Source: Candidatus Cloacimonadales bacterium
GTDB lineage: Bacteria; Cloacimonadota; Cloacimonadia; Cloacimonadales; JAFGVF01
Direction of reading: 5' to 3'
DNA: 64,000 bases
Assembly (NCBI GenBank): GCA_963663475.2
Contig: CAXXJV010000001.1
Span: 1,888,001-1,952,000 of the forward strand
Below, in pieces: positions 20,468-31,192 of this stretch. The number at the start of each line of letters is the position of its first letter. Position 1 is the stretch's first letter. The notes beneath the pieces were generated by a model that worked only from the letters and a program-made list of their open reading frames with translations, was not told where the DNA came from and did no database searches. A program made the position numbers and the translations under genes.

Positions 20468-23400
20468 CTATTTTAAAAGGATCATCTTTTTAGTTAACTC
20501 TTTTCCACTAGTCTTTAGTCTAGAGAAATAAACTCCAGATGCTACTGATTTGTTGTTTGAGTTTGTTCCATTCCAAACAATTCTGTGATTACCTGCTGAT
20601 AATTTTCCATCAGTAAGTGTTTTTACCTTTTGCCCTCTTATATTATATATATCAAGTTTAACTTCAGAATCACATGGCAAATCAAAGGAAATGACAGTTT
20701 CAGGATTAAATGGGTTTGGATAATTACTATATAGTTTTAATATTGGGGCAGAAACATTATTCTCTATATTAGGATATTCTGGCGAGATTAAGTAGTAAGA
20801 TTTATTTAGGATAACATCTTGTGAAATTTTGAATCTATTCTCCTTGAAATCATATGTATAAAAGTCTCTGAGAGTACTCCTTTTATCTACAGAAGCAAAT
20901 TCTAATCTAATATTTGATTCGATTTTTGTTTCAATTGAAGGATATAACAAAAGTTGAGCTTGATTATCCACAACAGCCACAGCTCCAATACAAACATTAT
21001 CTTGAAAAGCACCAATTTCTATTACAGAGTCATCGATATTTACTATATCCATTACTATATATTCATCAGTAGCTTTGAATTCATACTGCGTTAAGTCAGG
21101 AGCTGCATTCTTTTTATAGTAAGAACCAGAATTGCTCCACCTAAATCCCTGTATAGTTTCGCTAACTCTTACGATATAACCTCTTCCTTTGTGTAAAGTG
21201 TGTGTTTTCCAACTTGGAGGTGTAGAAATGTCAATTCCTCCTTTAGGATTTATCGGGATAGGAGCATAACTCCATTTTTCAGATTTCATCGAGGTTACTT
21301 TCTCAAAATTATCACCAAATGCATCTCTCATGTCTTTACTTTCATCCAACCAATAACCAACCCAGTTGTCGACATCCGGATATAAAGTAATGGAAGTCTG
21401 TGTATTTTCCATATCATATGGGATATCGTATTGATTTGAATAATCGGTCATATTAATTTTATAGAATGCTGAACTATAGATTGTATCAAGCCCATTTATA
21501 CTCCAGTTATTATTATCTAAGGTTGCATAATCATTTTTATACATAATACTAATTCCATATGGATTAATCGTCTCAAACAATTGATTATTATCCATACTTC
21601 CACTTGCAATTGGGAAAGAAACCCAATTCCAACCAGAATGTATATGGGTATTAGCACTGAACGGAATTGAGATATCAGTATTCATAATATCATCTGATTT
21701 AATATTGATAAATCCATTATAACTTTTATACATTTTAGTGGGATAAAAATTTCCAATAATTGTCATACTCGAGTTTGGATTAAGTTCACTTTGATAACTA
21801 TCAAATATTAATACATCTTCTAAGTCTTCAGATACATCAATCTCAATATTTGTTATATTTTTATTATTGCTAGTATTTAGAACTTCGAATTTAAACTCCC
21901 TTGGAGAATCAGGATTAATATTACCTAATGTTATCTCAGGTGTATCTATATTAAGATAAATATCATTATACTCGAATGCTCCAATATCAATTGATTGTCG
22001 AGCAATTCTATTATTACCATCAATATCTTTAGATAGAGAATAATATACTATGTCATCCCCGTTTTCTGAAGGTAAGTATCCACTGTCAAAGCAAGGTGAG
22101 GTAGTATCAATCTTATAACTATTGCAGATTAATGGATCACTGTCGATATTGTTGTTAGCAGTATAGTTTAAATTCATATTGCTATTGTAAGCATCATTAA
22201 AACTGGCATATGAAATATAATCATTAGATGGATCATCAATTAAATTAAAACCTTCAATACTATTCGATTCAAAAACTACCTCATGATTATTTAAAAGATC
22301 ATTATGCAAATAGTATAAAATTGAATGCCCAACTCCAGAAACTTCAGAAGTACCCTCAGCCTCATTGTCTCTAAATATATTGTTGATAAAATAAACTGAA
22401 TTGCTGTCGTTTAGTAATGAAACTGCCCCTCCTCGTCCTGTAGCAGTATTGTTAACAAATGTATTATTTTGGATAATAGTATTATAGGATGAGGAATCAT
22501 GGAAATTATTTTGACGAATTGAAATAGCCCCAAAATTATTAGCACTGTTATTATTAAAAACATTACCAGCAATGATAACATCTCTATAATCATCATTACC
22601 TCTTATATATATAGCACCACCTGAACCAGCTTGATTGTTTTCAAAATAACAATTTTGAATTATGGGAGGTGCACCCCAAGCACATATAGCTCCACCTCCG
22701 GATTCAGATGTATTATTGAGAAAACGACAATTATTAAATACAGTAATGATAGTATCATCATCATTTCGTTGCTTAATAAATATCGCCCCCCCATCACCAT
22801 CTTCTTGATTAGTTGAGGGATTATGCCTCTTAGATATATTATTTCTAAATATACAATTATTGAAAGTTACTGTATAATCAACCGTTGAGTAATTATTATC
22901 GAAATTAAATGCTCCACCAGAGGCCGTGCTTGAACCTTTTGCATTTTCAAAAATTGCCCATTCAAATGATGAATCATCAAATACAGTTCTAGCTTCTTTT
23001 CCTATATATACTCCATACCATCTATCATTGTCATAAAGAGTTGGTTGAAGATTAGTAAAAGTAACAGGCTTATTTTCTGTACCTATAACTTTAACTGCAC
23101 CACTTATCCCGAACAATTTGTTTCGTTCGAATTTAAGAGTTATGCCATTTGTGGAAGAACTTGAGTCAATTATTAACATTGTATTTTCGGGAACCCGAAG
23201 ATTTCCAGTTAGTGATCTTAAGTCATCTACTAAATCATCTGGAATTACTGTATCTTGAGTTATATAATATGTTTGAAGATAACTAGCATCATCATATCTT
23301 GAAACTGTCTTTTTATCGAAAGCATTGTACCTAAATTCTGAGGGTATTGAATCTGAATTTTTGGGATGATAAGGCCAACTACTTTCTAAACTTGTAGCCC

Positions 23401-24904
23401 AAAAATATGGCATACCTGGGCAATAATATGATTCATCATTCCAAGCTTCTGCCTCAGTACCATAATGATCACTAGTCCAAGTCCTTGTATAATAGTTACC
23501 CCAAAAATTCATTCGCTTGATAATATTATTCTTCTCAATTGGTTTTACATCAAAACCTCTTCCACTAGTTAACTTATAGCCAAAACTTGCATATTCCATT
23601 GTTGCTTTAAGCACTGTTGTAGTTAGAATAATTGCTAATGGTTCCCCATAAATTGGAATAATACTTAAAATAGCGTTACCAATAGCAATCCCGCCCCCAG
23701 CGGTCATATACAGTGGACCTGCATCTGTCCAATGTTGTTTCGATTTACCATAATTATTAATAGTTATCTGTTCAGTTTGCTTTTCTGATTCGGCATGTTT
23801 ATCTAAATACCCTGGTAGTTTTGGATAAACAGCTAAACCATACTTACTAGACGTGTTTCTAAAAAAGGTGTTATGTTCTTTGTTCTGTCCCCAGAATGAA
23901 TCTACTTGGATTGAATTACAAATATTGCCTTCAAACAGATTCTCATAAGGACCTTCATAGGTGCCACCATAGTGCTGAGAAGATTCTCCATGACACAACA
24001 AATCACCAGTATAGTCATCAGGTACAATACTTGTTATAAGCCATTTACAAAAATCCTCCATCCAAGGTGCTACTCCTGATGGATGCCAATCTTCAATTGA
24101 AGTATTTTTGGAGTTTTTTACAGTATTATATCCAAAAACATTGTGATGTGCACCATTCTGAACTATCATAGAATGTCGTAGTCTTCTAAAAATATTGTTC
24201 TCAACGAGAATATGATGACTATCATATTCTATAAAAACACCGTAACCCTCTCCCCCATCACCATGTCTATGTGCATTATTAAAGTAACATCCCGCAACAT
24301 AATTATGTTCTGAATTTATCATACGTATGTGACTTGTAACTGGGGTTGTACTTTCAACACCTATTACCCAACTGTTACTAGTATTCGTAAAATGTATATT
24401 GTTACCAGTATCAGTATCTGCAGAGTCACTATTGTCTTGTCGAACAATCCATAAATCTTCAATTCCAACTTTTTCCATAGGTTCTGTACTACTACCAACA
24501 TTAATACAATTTTTATTAACCCCAAGATTAAAGTTCAAAATAGTTCGTTGACTTCTATCCTCATCTCTCCTAAATTGGTGATTACCTTTTAGGATTATAT
24601 ATGATTTAAGGTTGATTGGCTCAGAGAGATTGAATTCTCCCGGAGGTAATAAAAGTCTAACGATGTTAGTTGGAGAAGGGTATATCTCATTGTCTTCGTC
24701 TACATGCAATATATCATCTAAATTGAAATTTTCTATATCCGATATAGATAAAGAAACATCTTCATATTGACTGGGAATATCCCTAATCAATCCTGCATCT
24801 TGCCATTCGGCACTTAAATGCTCAACTACTGGGTATTCAGTAGTAAAAGCTGCAATATTATATATAAATGTAAGTATCATTAAAATCATAATTCTATTCT
24901 TCAT
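20468..24904 (-). CDS. 1478-aa secreted right-handed beta-helix protein (pectin-lyase-like fold + GGAI/FxxN repeats + Ig-like) with T9SS-type CTD
   Basis: Signal peptide; GDGGEGYGV...VENNIFRRLRHSM..Q.GA..NVFGYN; multiple GGAI/F.NN repeats; DIGAFE; NYPNPFNPET...ASGVYF...KKMILLK. Confidence 0.85.
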   Translation of the reverse strand: MKNRIMILMILTFIYNIAAFTTEYPVVEHLSAEWQDAGLIRDIPSQYEDVSLSISDIENFNLDDILHVDEDNEIYPSPTNIVRLLLPPGEFNLSEPINLKSYIILKGNHQFRRDEDRSQRTILNFNLGVNKNCINVGSSTEPMEKVGIEDLWIVRQDNSDSADTDTGNNIHFTNTSNSWVIGVESTTPVTSHIRMINSEHNYVAGCYFNNAHRHGDGGEGYGVFIEYDSHHILVENNIFRRLRHSMIVQNGAHHNVFGYNTVKNSKNTSIEDWHPSGVAPWMEDFCKWLITSIVPDDYTGDLLCHGESSQHYGGTYEGPYENLFEGNICNSIQVDSFWGQNKEHNTFFRNTSSKYGLAVYPKLPGYLDKHAESEKQTEQITINNYGKSKQHWTDAGPLYMTAGGGIAIGNAILSIIPIYGEPLAIILTTTVLKATMEYASFGYKLTSGRGFDVKPIEKNNIIKRMNFWGNYYTRTWTSDHYGTEAEAWNDESYYCPGMPYFWATSLESSWPYHPKNSDSIPSEFRYNAFDKKTVSRYDDASYLQTYYITQDTVIPDDLVDDLRSLTGNLRVPENTMLIIDSSSSTNGITLKFERNKLFGISGAVKVIGTENKPVTFTNLQPTLYDNDRWYGVYIGKEARTVFDDSSFEWAIFENAKGSSTASGGAFNFDNNYSTVDYTVTFNNCIFRNNISKRHNPSTNQEDGDGGAIFIKQRNDDDTIITVFNNCRFLNNTSESGGGAICAWGAPPIIQNCYFENNQAGSGGAIYIRGNDDYRDVIIAGNVFNNNSANNFGAISIRQNNFHDSSSYNTIIQNNTFVNNTATGRGGAVSLLNDSNSVYFINNIFRDNEAEGTSEVSGVGHSILYYLHNDLLNNHEVVFESNSIEGFNLIDDPSNDYISYASFNDAYNSNMNLNYTANNNIDSDPLICNSYKIDTTSPCFDSGYLPSENGDDIVYYSLSKDIDGNNRIARQSIDIGAFEYNDIYLNIDTPEITLGNINPDSPREFKFEVLNTSNNKNITNIEIDVSEDLEDVLIFDSYQSELNPNSSMTIIGNFYPTKMYKSYNGFINIKSDDIMNTDISIPFSANTHIHSGWNWVSFPIASGSMDNNQLFETINPYGISIMYKNDYATLDNNNWSINGLDTIYSSAFYKINMTDYSNQYDIPYDMENTQTSITLYPDVDNWVGYWLDESKDMRDAFGDNFEKVTSMKSEKWSYAPIPINPKGGIDISTPPSWKTHTLHKGRGYIVRVSETIQGFRWSNSGSYYKKNAAPDLTQYEFKATDEYIVMDIVNIDDSVIEIGAFQDNVCIGAVAVVDNQAQLLLYPSIETKIESNIRLEFASVDKRSTLRDFYTYDFKENRFKISQDVILNKSYYLISPEYPNIENNVSAPILKLYSNYPNPFNPETVISFDLPCDSEVKLDIYNIRGQKVKTLTDGKLSAGNHRIVWNGTNSNNKSVASGVYFSRLKTSGKELTKKMILLK

Positions 24905-24916
24905 TTTTACCTCCTA

Positions 24917-25996
24917 TTAGTAATGTAAAAATCCTACAATTCCCACAATTTTTGTATTATTAAGATTCATGTGAGTCTTAGAGACATTATGATATTTTCC
25001 GAAAAATTCACCATTTTCTACAGCAAATGTAGAATCTATCACTGTGTCATAAATAATTTCATTCATCAACAAATAACGATCATCTGAACTAAAACTAATA
25101 TCATTAATGTTATAAACACTTGTATCAAAAAGTATAATAGATAGTGTTTCTATGTTTAATAAATATTCATTCCTATCATTGCCACGCTCAAAAACAACAA
25201 ACCCGTTCAAGTTCGAGTACTTTAGTTGTATATAGCCTTCCGTCAAGATATCAATATTATTATTAATTAAGTCATGTTTCCTTAAATTATGTATTCTTAC
25301 AATTTCCTCATTTTCAATTATTTTGTAACTGTATCGATATAATATTGTATAATCATTAACTCTTCTAGCATAGTGGTATGATGCATTATACAAAGGGTCT
25401 TCTTGTATTATTGTGTTCAAAATAACAAGTGATCCATTTGTTAAAATATTGTACTCAATCAATCCAAGTTCAATAGTAGTGTTCTCATCTACTACAGTAT
25501 AGTTATATAGTATCGACTTTTCATCAAAAGAGAATGATGGCGAAGAGCATTGACTAACTGAGTCTATAGATATCTTCTCAACTTCAGTACCATCTACACT
25601 AGATAGATAAACCTTACCATCATGAAGAAGAATCATTTTTGTCCTATCCCGGTTAAAATATTGCACTCCACCTAATGAATCAATAATAGTTCTTCTATAC
25701 TCTCCATCGAGAGACATAATATCAATTCTGTTTGCAAAGTCTAATAGTATAACTTCATCATCATAATTTCCTGCTAAGTCTCTAACGAAATAAGGTCTTG
25801 CTCCCGCAAAAGAAGTTTGATTTTGTGATTGTAATAGTTGTACATCAGAACCATCAATGTTCATTGTAGCTATGAAATCTTCTCTCCAAGCACCCTCATC
25901 AACTTCGGGGTCATTATATAACTTAAAATCACATCCAGCAAGTGTTATAAGGATAATAATAAACAAGGGCAATATTATAATTTTAAAGCTGTTCAT
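24917..25996 (-). CDS. lipoprotein with TolB-like beta-propeller features
   Basis: Lipobox LAGC; MNIDGSD, SVDGTE, PSFSFDE, FSSDD repeats. Confidence 0.65.
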   Translation of the reverse strand: MNSFKIIILPLFIIILITLAGCDFKLYNDPEVDEGAWREDFIATMNIDGSDVQLLQSQNQTSFAGARPYFVRDLAGNYDDEVILLDFANRIDIMSLDGEYRRTIIDSLGGVQYFNRDRTKMILLHDGKVYLSSVDGTEVEKISIDSVSQCSSPSFSFDEKSILYNYTVVDENTTIELGLIEYNILTNGSLVILNTIIQEDPLYNASYHYARRVNDYTILYRYSYKIIENEEIVRIHNLRKHDLINNNIDILTEGYIQLKYSNLNGFVVFERGNDRNEYLLNIETLSIILFDTSVYNINDISFSSDDRYLLMNEIIYDTVIDSTFAVENGEFFGKYHNVSKTHMNLNNTKIVGIVGFLHY

Positions 25997-26727
25997 TTTC
26001 GAAAGCTCCTCAATTCTAAGATATTATTCTCAACAAATCCATAATCGTATTGCTTTAGGATACTCCTTTTATTAAAATTACTAAGGGCAACAGGTATTAA
26101 AGGAAGCATTTTTGGAACATCGCTTGATAATATCAATTTATTATCCTTTGCAACCTCTTCAGAAAGTTCAACAGGGATATTTGTCTTGCTTACATCCATT
26201 CTTACATCAATTGTATTTATTCTTGAGCCTTGGCCAATATGCTTCTTTACGGTTTGAGCTTCTAAATAAAAACTATTACTAATTTGCAAGAATGAATCTG
26301 CTGTTGCAAACATATCATTAATTTCATTTTCAAAAGTTGATAACTCATTTTTAGATAAAACATCAATAGTTTGATTTTCCCCAAACTCATCAGTACCCCA
26401 AATTTCAGTGACCTCTTTTGTTTTGTTATCAAGTCTGATATAGACAGCATTGCCTTCAAACTCTTCTAAGATAACCATGTTCTTATCATCTTTAGAATAT
26501 ACCTCTAAGGAGTGAATACTCTCATTATTACCCTCTGTTTTATAACAATAAACTACACGGTCTCCAAGTTTTAGGTCATTCCCAAACCTTATTGGAGATA
26601 ACATTTGAATGTAACCAGCAATTAGTTTCTTTTCATTACCACTTTTGAGTATTGATTCGTTATTATCGCAAGATAGATTAGTACCTAAAACATATAATAA
26701 CATCAATAATATTAATCTTAATTTCAT
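25993..26727 (-). CDS. exported hypothetical protein (possible lipoprotein)
   Basis: Signal peptide ending NLSC; AGGAG RBS; 4-nt overlap with next gene. Confidence 0.65.
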   Translation of the reverse strand: MKLRLILLMLLYVLGTNLSCDNNESILKSGNEKKLIAGYIQMLSPIRFGNDLKLGDRVVYCYKTEGNNESIHSLEVYSKDDKNMVILEEFEGNAVYIRLDNKTKEVTEIWGTDEFGENQTIDVLSKNELSTFENEINDMFATADSFLQISNSFYLEAQTVKKHIGQGSRINTIDVRMDVSKTNIPVELSEEVAKDNKLILSSDVPKMLPLIPVALSNFNKRSILKQYDYGFVENNILELRSFRK

Positions 26728-26856
26728 ACTATACTCCTTATTTTTATTATTTATTGAAGTAATTTAATATCTTCTAAATTTGTCAAGTTCTTTTTTGCTT
26801 AATATATGCATTTATAAATATTTATTGAACACTACCATCTAATTGATAATAAGGCC

Positions 26857-26913
26857 CTATAATAGAATGTAAAACAGACTACTAAACAATATTAAAATAT
26901 TCCTTTTGTGCAT
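26857..26913 (-). pseudogene. signal-peptide stub of a deleted paralogue of 46251-47231
   Basis: MHKRNILILFSSLFYILL* vs MYKRNILILFSSLFYILL; upstream ~90 bp also shared. Confidence 0.7.
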
Positions 26914-27009
26914 CTTTTTATTGTTTCCTTTTTTTATATTTCATTTAACTCCTATTTTGTTGCAATTAGCTAAACCCTTAATATACAAGGATTACTATAA
27001 CTGCGACAT

Positions 27010-27207
27010 TTACTTTTTAACTATAAAAATTTCTCCATTAATAACTATAGCAATATAATCATCATTTGGGGCATCATAAATGACTTCATAACTCTGAGTT
27101 CCAACCTCTTCCCAAGTGATTTCTGGATAGATTTCATAATTAACTTGACTTGCAAAGACTAACACGACAAAACTGAACAATAATAAAAGTGAGATTATTT
27201 TTTTCAT
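27010..27207 (-). CDS. 65-aa secreted acidic peptide
   Basis: AGGAGGAG RBS, signal peptide (VFA), acidic mature part ending YIAIVINGEIFIVKK. Confidence 0.7.
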   Translation of the reverse strand: MKKIISLLLLFSFVVLVFASQVNYEIYPEITWEEVGTQSYEVIYDAPNDDYIAIVINGEIFIVKK

Positions 27208-27299
27208 ATCTCCTCCTATTATATAGACCCTAAAAAAACTAATATTTTTATTAGTTTACTCTATCTAATTGATATATATAAATTTATGAGAGGCTAGCG

Positions 27300-28227
27300 A
27301 TGGTTAATAATTTTAAAGAGTATTTTAAATCTGCAAAGGTAACTGCTTATAAAATAGTTAATGATTATGAATTAGCTGAGGATATTGCAAGTGATTGTCT
27401 GGTTAAGCTTGAAAAGATTTCAAGAGTAAGAGAGATTGCTAATCCTAAAGGATGGATTAGAAAGGTAGTTACTAACTTTTGTAATGATTATTTTAATAAG
27501 CAAAAAAGATTATTAAAAGTTCATGTAGAAGAAGATAAACTTGATTTTTTTGCTAATAAAAATCAAGAAAATAGTAGTGAGATTATAGATTTTGAGATTG
27601 ATTTTAGTGAATATTCTTTTCTTGCACATAAAGATAGAAAAAGAATCAAAAGCTAAAATTGCCCAGAGATTTAAACTTAAAGAGAGTAAAGTCAGAGAAA
27701 TAATATATAAGTATATTAATGAAATTGAGCTTTATCATCTGATTGATAATAAGACCCTATTTTTTTAAGTTATTACCCTATACTAACCTTACACTTAAGA
27801 TTAATAACTTCATACATAAACTAAAGAACTGTCTTAATAATAATGATTTATCTTCTATGAAACGATATTTGAAAAATGCAAAATTAATGACTTTTCAAAG
27901 ATTAAATTTAAAGAAATGAAGTCATGTAAATTACAGTATATTGATGAACAAAGTTATTGTCTTTTAGTTGTTTTTATTAATCAAGCTAATGAATACAGCT
28001 TTTTTTTTATAGAATTCATTATAACAAGTTCAAACAATATACAAGTAGTTGAATTTCCTATCTGGCCTCAAGGAGTTGTACAAATTGATAAAAGCAAACT
28101 AAAGACAGAAATTAAGCAAAAAGACTTAGATAGCTTCAACGGTTCCTATAACGAAAAATTAGGAAGTTATGATGAATTGAAAAAAAAAGGTATTGCTAAA
28201 GAGATTCAACAAAATGATAAGTTTTAA
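27300..28227 (+). pseudogene. ECF-type sigma-70 factor with C-terminal extension, frameshifted
   Basis: Region 2 (AYKIVNDYELAEDIASD...PKGWIRKVVTNFCNDYF). Region-4-like IAQRFKLKESKVREII continues in another frame at ~27658; fragments 27300-27656 and 27916-28227. Confidence 0.7.
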
Positions 28228-28237
28228 ATACACACTT

Positions 28238-28869
28238 TTAATCTGCTCTAAAATCTCAATATTAATAGCCACAGGTAAGCATGCAACACCCCAAGCATTT
28301 GATCTATGAGTCGGATTTTTAAAGTGAATCACATCATTACTTGAGAAGAATCTCTTTTCGCCATTTTTATAATGAAGGAAATCTGGTTTGAAGAATCCGA
28401 AATCATCATAGTTCTCTATTAGTTGAACTTCTGTTGGTAGTAATCTTTCCATACCAACCCATTCACCAGATGCATTACGCATTTTAATGACAAAACCATT
28501 CCCACAAGCTAGATAGTATTTAAGTAACTCTCCAAGTGTTAGAAGTATATCATCATTACCTGGATATTGAGCTGATGCAAGCCAACTCTTTAAACTACTA
28601 TTCTTGACTTCAAGTTGCATTAAACATGAGTTAACCTTAGAAGCAATACAGCCTGAATGGTACTCATCTTTATCGATAAGCTTAAGCAGTTTGAAAATAG
28701 AGTAGGGAGCCTGTATAATTCTTTTTTTCTCATAAGATTTGGATAATCTTCTTCTACCTTGCCACTTATAAGAATCTAAGTTAACAGGCTCAGGAGAGTA
28801 GTTCTTTTTAAGTAAGTCCTCACTGCTCACTATGCCAATATTAAATCCACCTATTCTTTGTACTCTCAT
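28238..28869 (-). pseudogene. phage portal protein (PBSX/P2-gpQ-like), 3'-truncated, copy 1
   Basis: YHSGCI, YLACGNGF, F..NDVIHFK motifs; homology to copy 2 stops after EQIK at 28238. Confidence 0.8.
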
Positions 28870-29244
28870 CTAAAGCACCGTATAGACCTTTGCAATACGA
28901 ACCTTACGACCTGCATCAGCTCTTGCTGGATAGAATTCAATTTTAGGGATATCTCTGCCAATATAATCTCTGTATTTAGCTTTAAAATTATCTGATAGTT
29001 TTAAAATATCAGTATCTGGATCATCAGAATTATTAACATCAGCAATTAGAAATACTTGAATATCATGTTCAAATGATAAGTATTTCTTAGAAGATTTATT
29101 AACACCTTTTTCACCTTCTAAAACAACAATAGCTGAGGGGAAGGAACATGGAATAGTATCTTTAGAAAAAGCGATATTTTTAGAAGAAATACCAGTGTCT
29201 AGGAGTGCTTGAACAATAGCGATACGTTTATCTTGAAAGGTCAT
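28870..29244 (-). CDS. putative phage tail-terminator/head-tail protein
   Basis: 124 aa, FPSAIVV motif, position after a virion-morphogenesis-like gene. Confidence 0.45.
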   Translation of the reverse strand: MTFQDKRIAIVQALLDTGISSKNIAFSKDTIPCSFPSAIVVLEGEKGVNKSSKKYLSFEHDIQVFLIADVNNSDDPDTDILKLSDNFKAKYRDYIGRDIPKIEFYPARADAGRKVRIAKVYTVL

Positions 29245-29705
29245 AGAACCACCTCAATAGAATCTAATTGACTAAAAATCCACTTCTCTTGATTCTTAAT
29301 AACCTCGGCAAAGACATTACGTTCAGCAATGCCTTCACGTTTTATTTTTCCTCTAATCAAATAGGCTATCTGCCCAATAGTAAGTTGTTTACCGGTCTTC
29401 TTATCAACCCAGTCTAAGCCTTTACGAGCAACCCAGTCTTTAAGTGGTTGAATTGGAGTCCAGGAAGGAACTTTACCCCCCAGAACATATTGCTCATGAG
29501 GTACATTAGAGCCCACAACTAAGTCAATAGAAGAGCTGTTGAAGCTGACAGCATAGCTTGTGTTTTGATAGAAATCACCTTTATCTTTGATATCTTTCTC
29601 TAAGATAAGTCTTCTGGTTTTACCTTCAATCACACTACCAATAAGATGTAGTTTACTCTCAATAGCAGTATAAATAGCTCTTAAAATTTCAGAATCTATA
29701 CTCAT
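29241..29705 (-). CDS. phage virion morphogenesis / HK97-gp10-like protein
   Basis: VGSNVPHEQYV..G..P..P..PLKDWVARK...AYLIR.KI.R.G pattern. Confidence 0.65.
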   Translation of the reverse strand: MSIDSEILRAIYTAIESKLHLIGSVIEGKTRRLILEKDIKDKGDFYQNTSYAVSFNSSSIDLVVGSNVPHEQYVLGGKVPSWTPIQPLKDWVARKGLDWVDKKTGKQLTIGQIAYLIRGKIKREGIAERNVFAEVIKNQEKWIFSQLDSIEVVL

Positions 29706-30127
29706 ATCACTGTTGCCCTGGTTTTATGATGTTTAACAGAAGAAGATCCAAATTTTAGCTCATCTAAACGCTTGATACCAAGAGAAGTAAGATAATTATA
29801 AATAGTCTCTAAAGCACGAATCTCTAAATCCTTTTTAAATGCCCTAATCTCACTACCAGTCAATAACTGGGTAGCTTGAGCATCAATACCAGTAGTCTTA
29901 ATAATCCCAGAACCAAGAGTTTTAAGGTTAAGGAAATCTAAAACCTGAGAAAGAATGTAAAAGCTATAAGCCATTTTATAGTCTGTAACTGAATCAATAA
30001 CTTCATTTTCTGCTACTTTTCTAAACCACTGCATAACACTGTAAGAGTGTTCATCAAAGAGCATTATGATCTTCTCATCTTCAGGTAGGTTTAATATCCT
30101 AAGCAGTGTTTCGGTTTCTATCTTCAT
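29702..30127 (-). CDS. putative phage head-completion protein
   Basis: Size, position and coupling (ATGA overlap) only. Confidence 0.4.
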   Translation of the reverse strand: MKIETETLLRILNLPEDEKIIMLFDEHSYSVMQWFRKVAENEVIDSVTDYKMAYSFYILSQVLDFLNLKTLGSGIIKTTGIDAQATQLLTGSEIRAFKKDLEIRALETIYNYLTSLGIKRLDELKFGSSSVKHHKTRATVI

Positions 30128-30321
30128 CTATTCACCTTTTATTAATCATTTTGTTTTATGAGCCTATATAAAACAGAATATGAAATGGTGGCAAACTGGG
30201 ATGCAAAGAGTTAACACAGAATAAGATAAATAGCTTAAAAAATGGTAAAAATAGTCGAGAAAGAACTTGATACAATTGCCTGGAATGGACAAATGGAGAC
30301 ATAAATTAAAGGGAGATAAAG

Positions 30322-30762
30322 ATGAAACAGTTGATAGAAAACATTAAGCAAACCTTAGGAGCAAGGGTGTTTAAGAACAGAGATCAAATAAGATACTCAA
30401 TCGTATGTAGCATATTAAATAAAGCTGGAATCGATATCTGGGATAAAAGCCAAGTTATGCAAGGACTTCACTTAGAATTAAAGGACAGCGTAAGTGTAGA
30501 TGCAATAATAGTTTCAGGAGAATACAGGGTTAATCAATATGCTATACAAGTTATTGATTATAGTAAAATGATTGAAAATATAAATGCTTACTTAGAATTA
30601 GCAGACATGTATTCAGGAATGTGCAGAACCAAGATATGGCTAATTACTAATGGAAATCACTGGATAGCATATAATTCAGAAAGTAAAGAGCAAACTAAAA
30701 TAACGATATTTATGGATGAAATGCGACACATTGCAGATTTTATGAGTACTTATCTTAGATAA
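30322..30762 (+). CDS. moron-like hypothetical protein with HsdR-N-like 'LITNG..W' motif
   Basis: Opposite strand to phage genes, own RBS and terminator; NRDQIRY.IV..IL...G, VDAII, WLITNGNHW. Confidence 0.5.
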   Translation: MKQLIENIKQTLGARVFKNRDQIRYSIVCSILNKAGIDIWDKSQVMQGLHLELKDSVSVDAIIVSGEYRVNQYAIQVIDYSKMIENINAYLELADMYSGMCRTKIWLITNGNHWIAYNSESKEQTKITIFMDEMRHIADFMSTYLR

Positions 30763-30780
30763 AATAAAGGCAATAAAAGT

Positions 30781-30806
30781 AAAAGACTGTGCGAGGACAG
30801 TCTTTT
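30781..30806. terminator. bidirectional intrinsic terminator
   Basis: AAAAGACTGT-gcgagg-ACAGTCTTTT between convergent genes. Confidence 0.75.
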
Positions 30807-30815
30807 CTTTGCAAG

Positions 30816-31192
30816 CTAATACAACCAGATATTATCAGGTTTAGTTTTATCTACATCAACGTGGATAAAGCCTTTACTGATGCCAATTCTACTAAATCCA
30901 ACAATTGCTAAAGCACGTAAGATTTAAGCCTGGACACGCTATCAGGAACTTCAATATCAACAGCTAGTCCTGTTACATGAGCAGAATTATTAACTCCACC
31001 TACTTGCTTGTTATGTTTTTTGCATCTGTAACCACTAGAAATATTAAAAGGAATCCCAGCTAGACTTCGAGCTAAGTCTAACATGAAAACTAGTTTTCGA
31101 GAAACAAGAACTTTACTACAACATGGACATTCAAACTCACTCTTAGAGAAGTGTTTGACGTCTTTCCAATTTATGAAGTTAGATTTAGGCAT
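30816..31192 (-). pseudogene. M15 (Peptidase_M15_3) endolysin-like peptidase, frameshifted near 30925
   Basis: HFSKSEFECPCC, SGYRC..HN..VGG...SAH..G.AVD. C-terminal RIGISKGFIHVDVD...WLY* lies in a shifted frame. Confidence 0.85.

Noticed and set aside
28231-28240. CACACTTTTA at the portal break as a fourth element end
   Set aside because: Only ~8 AT-rich bases match and none of the upstream end motifs are present.
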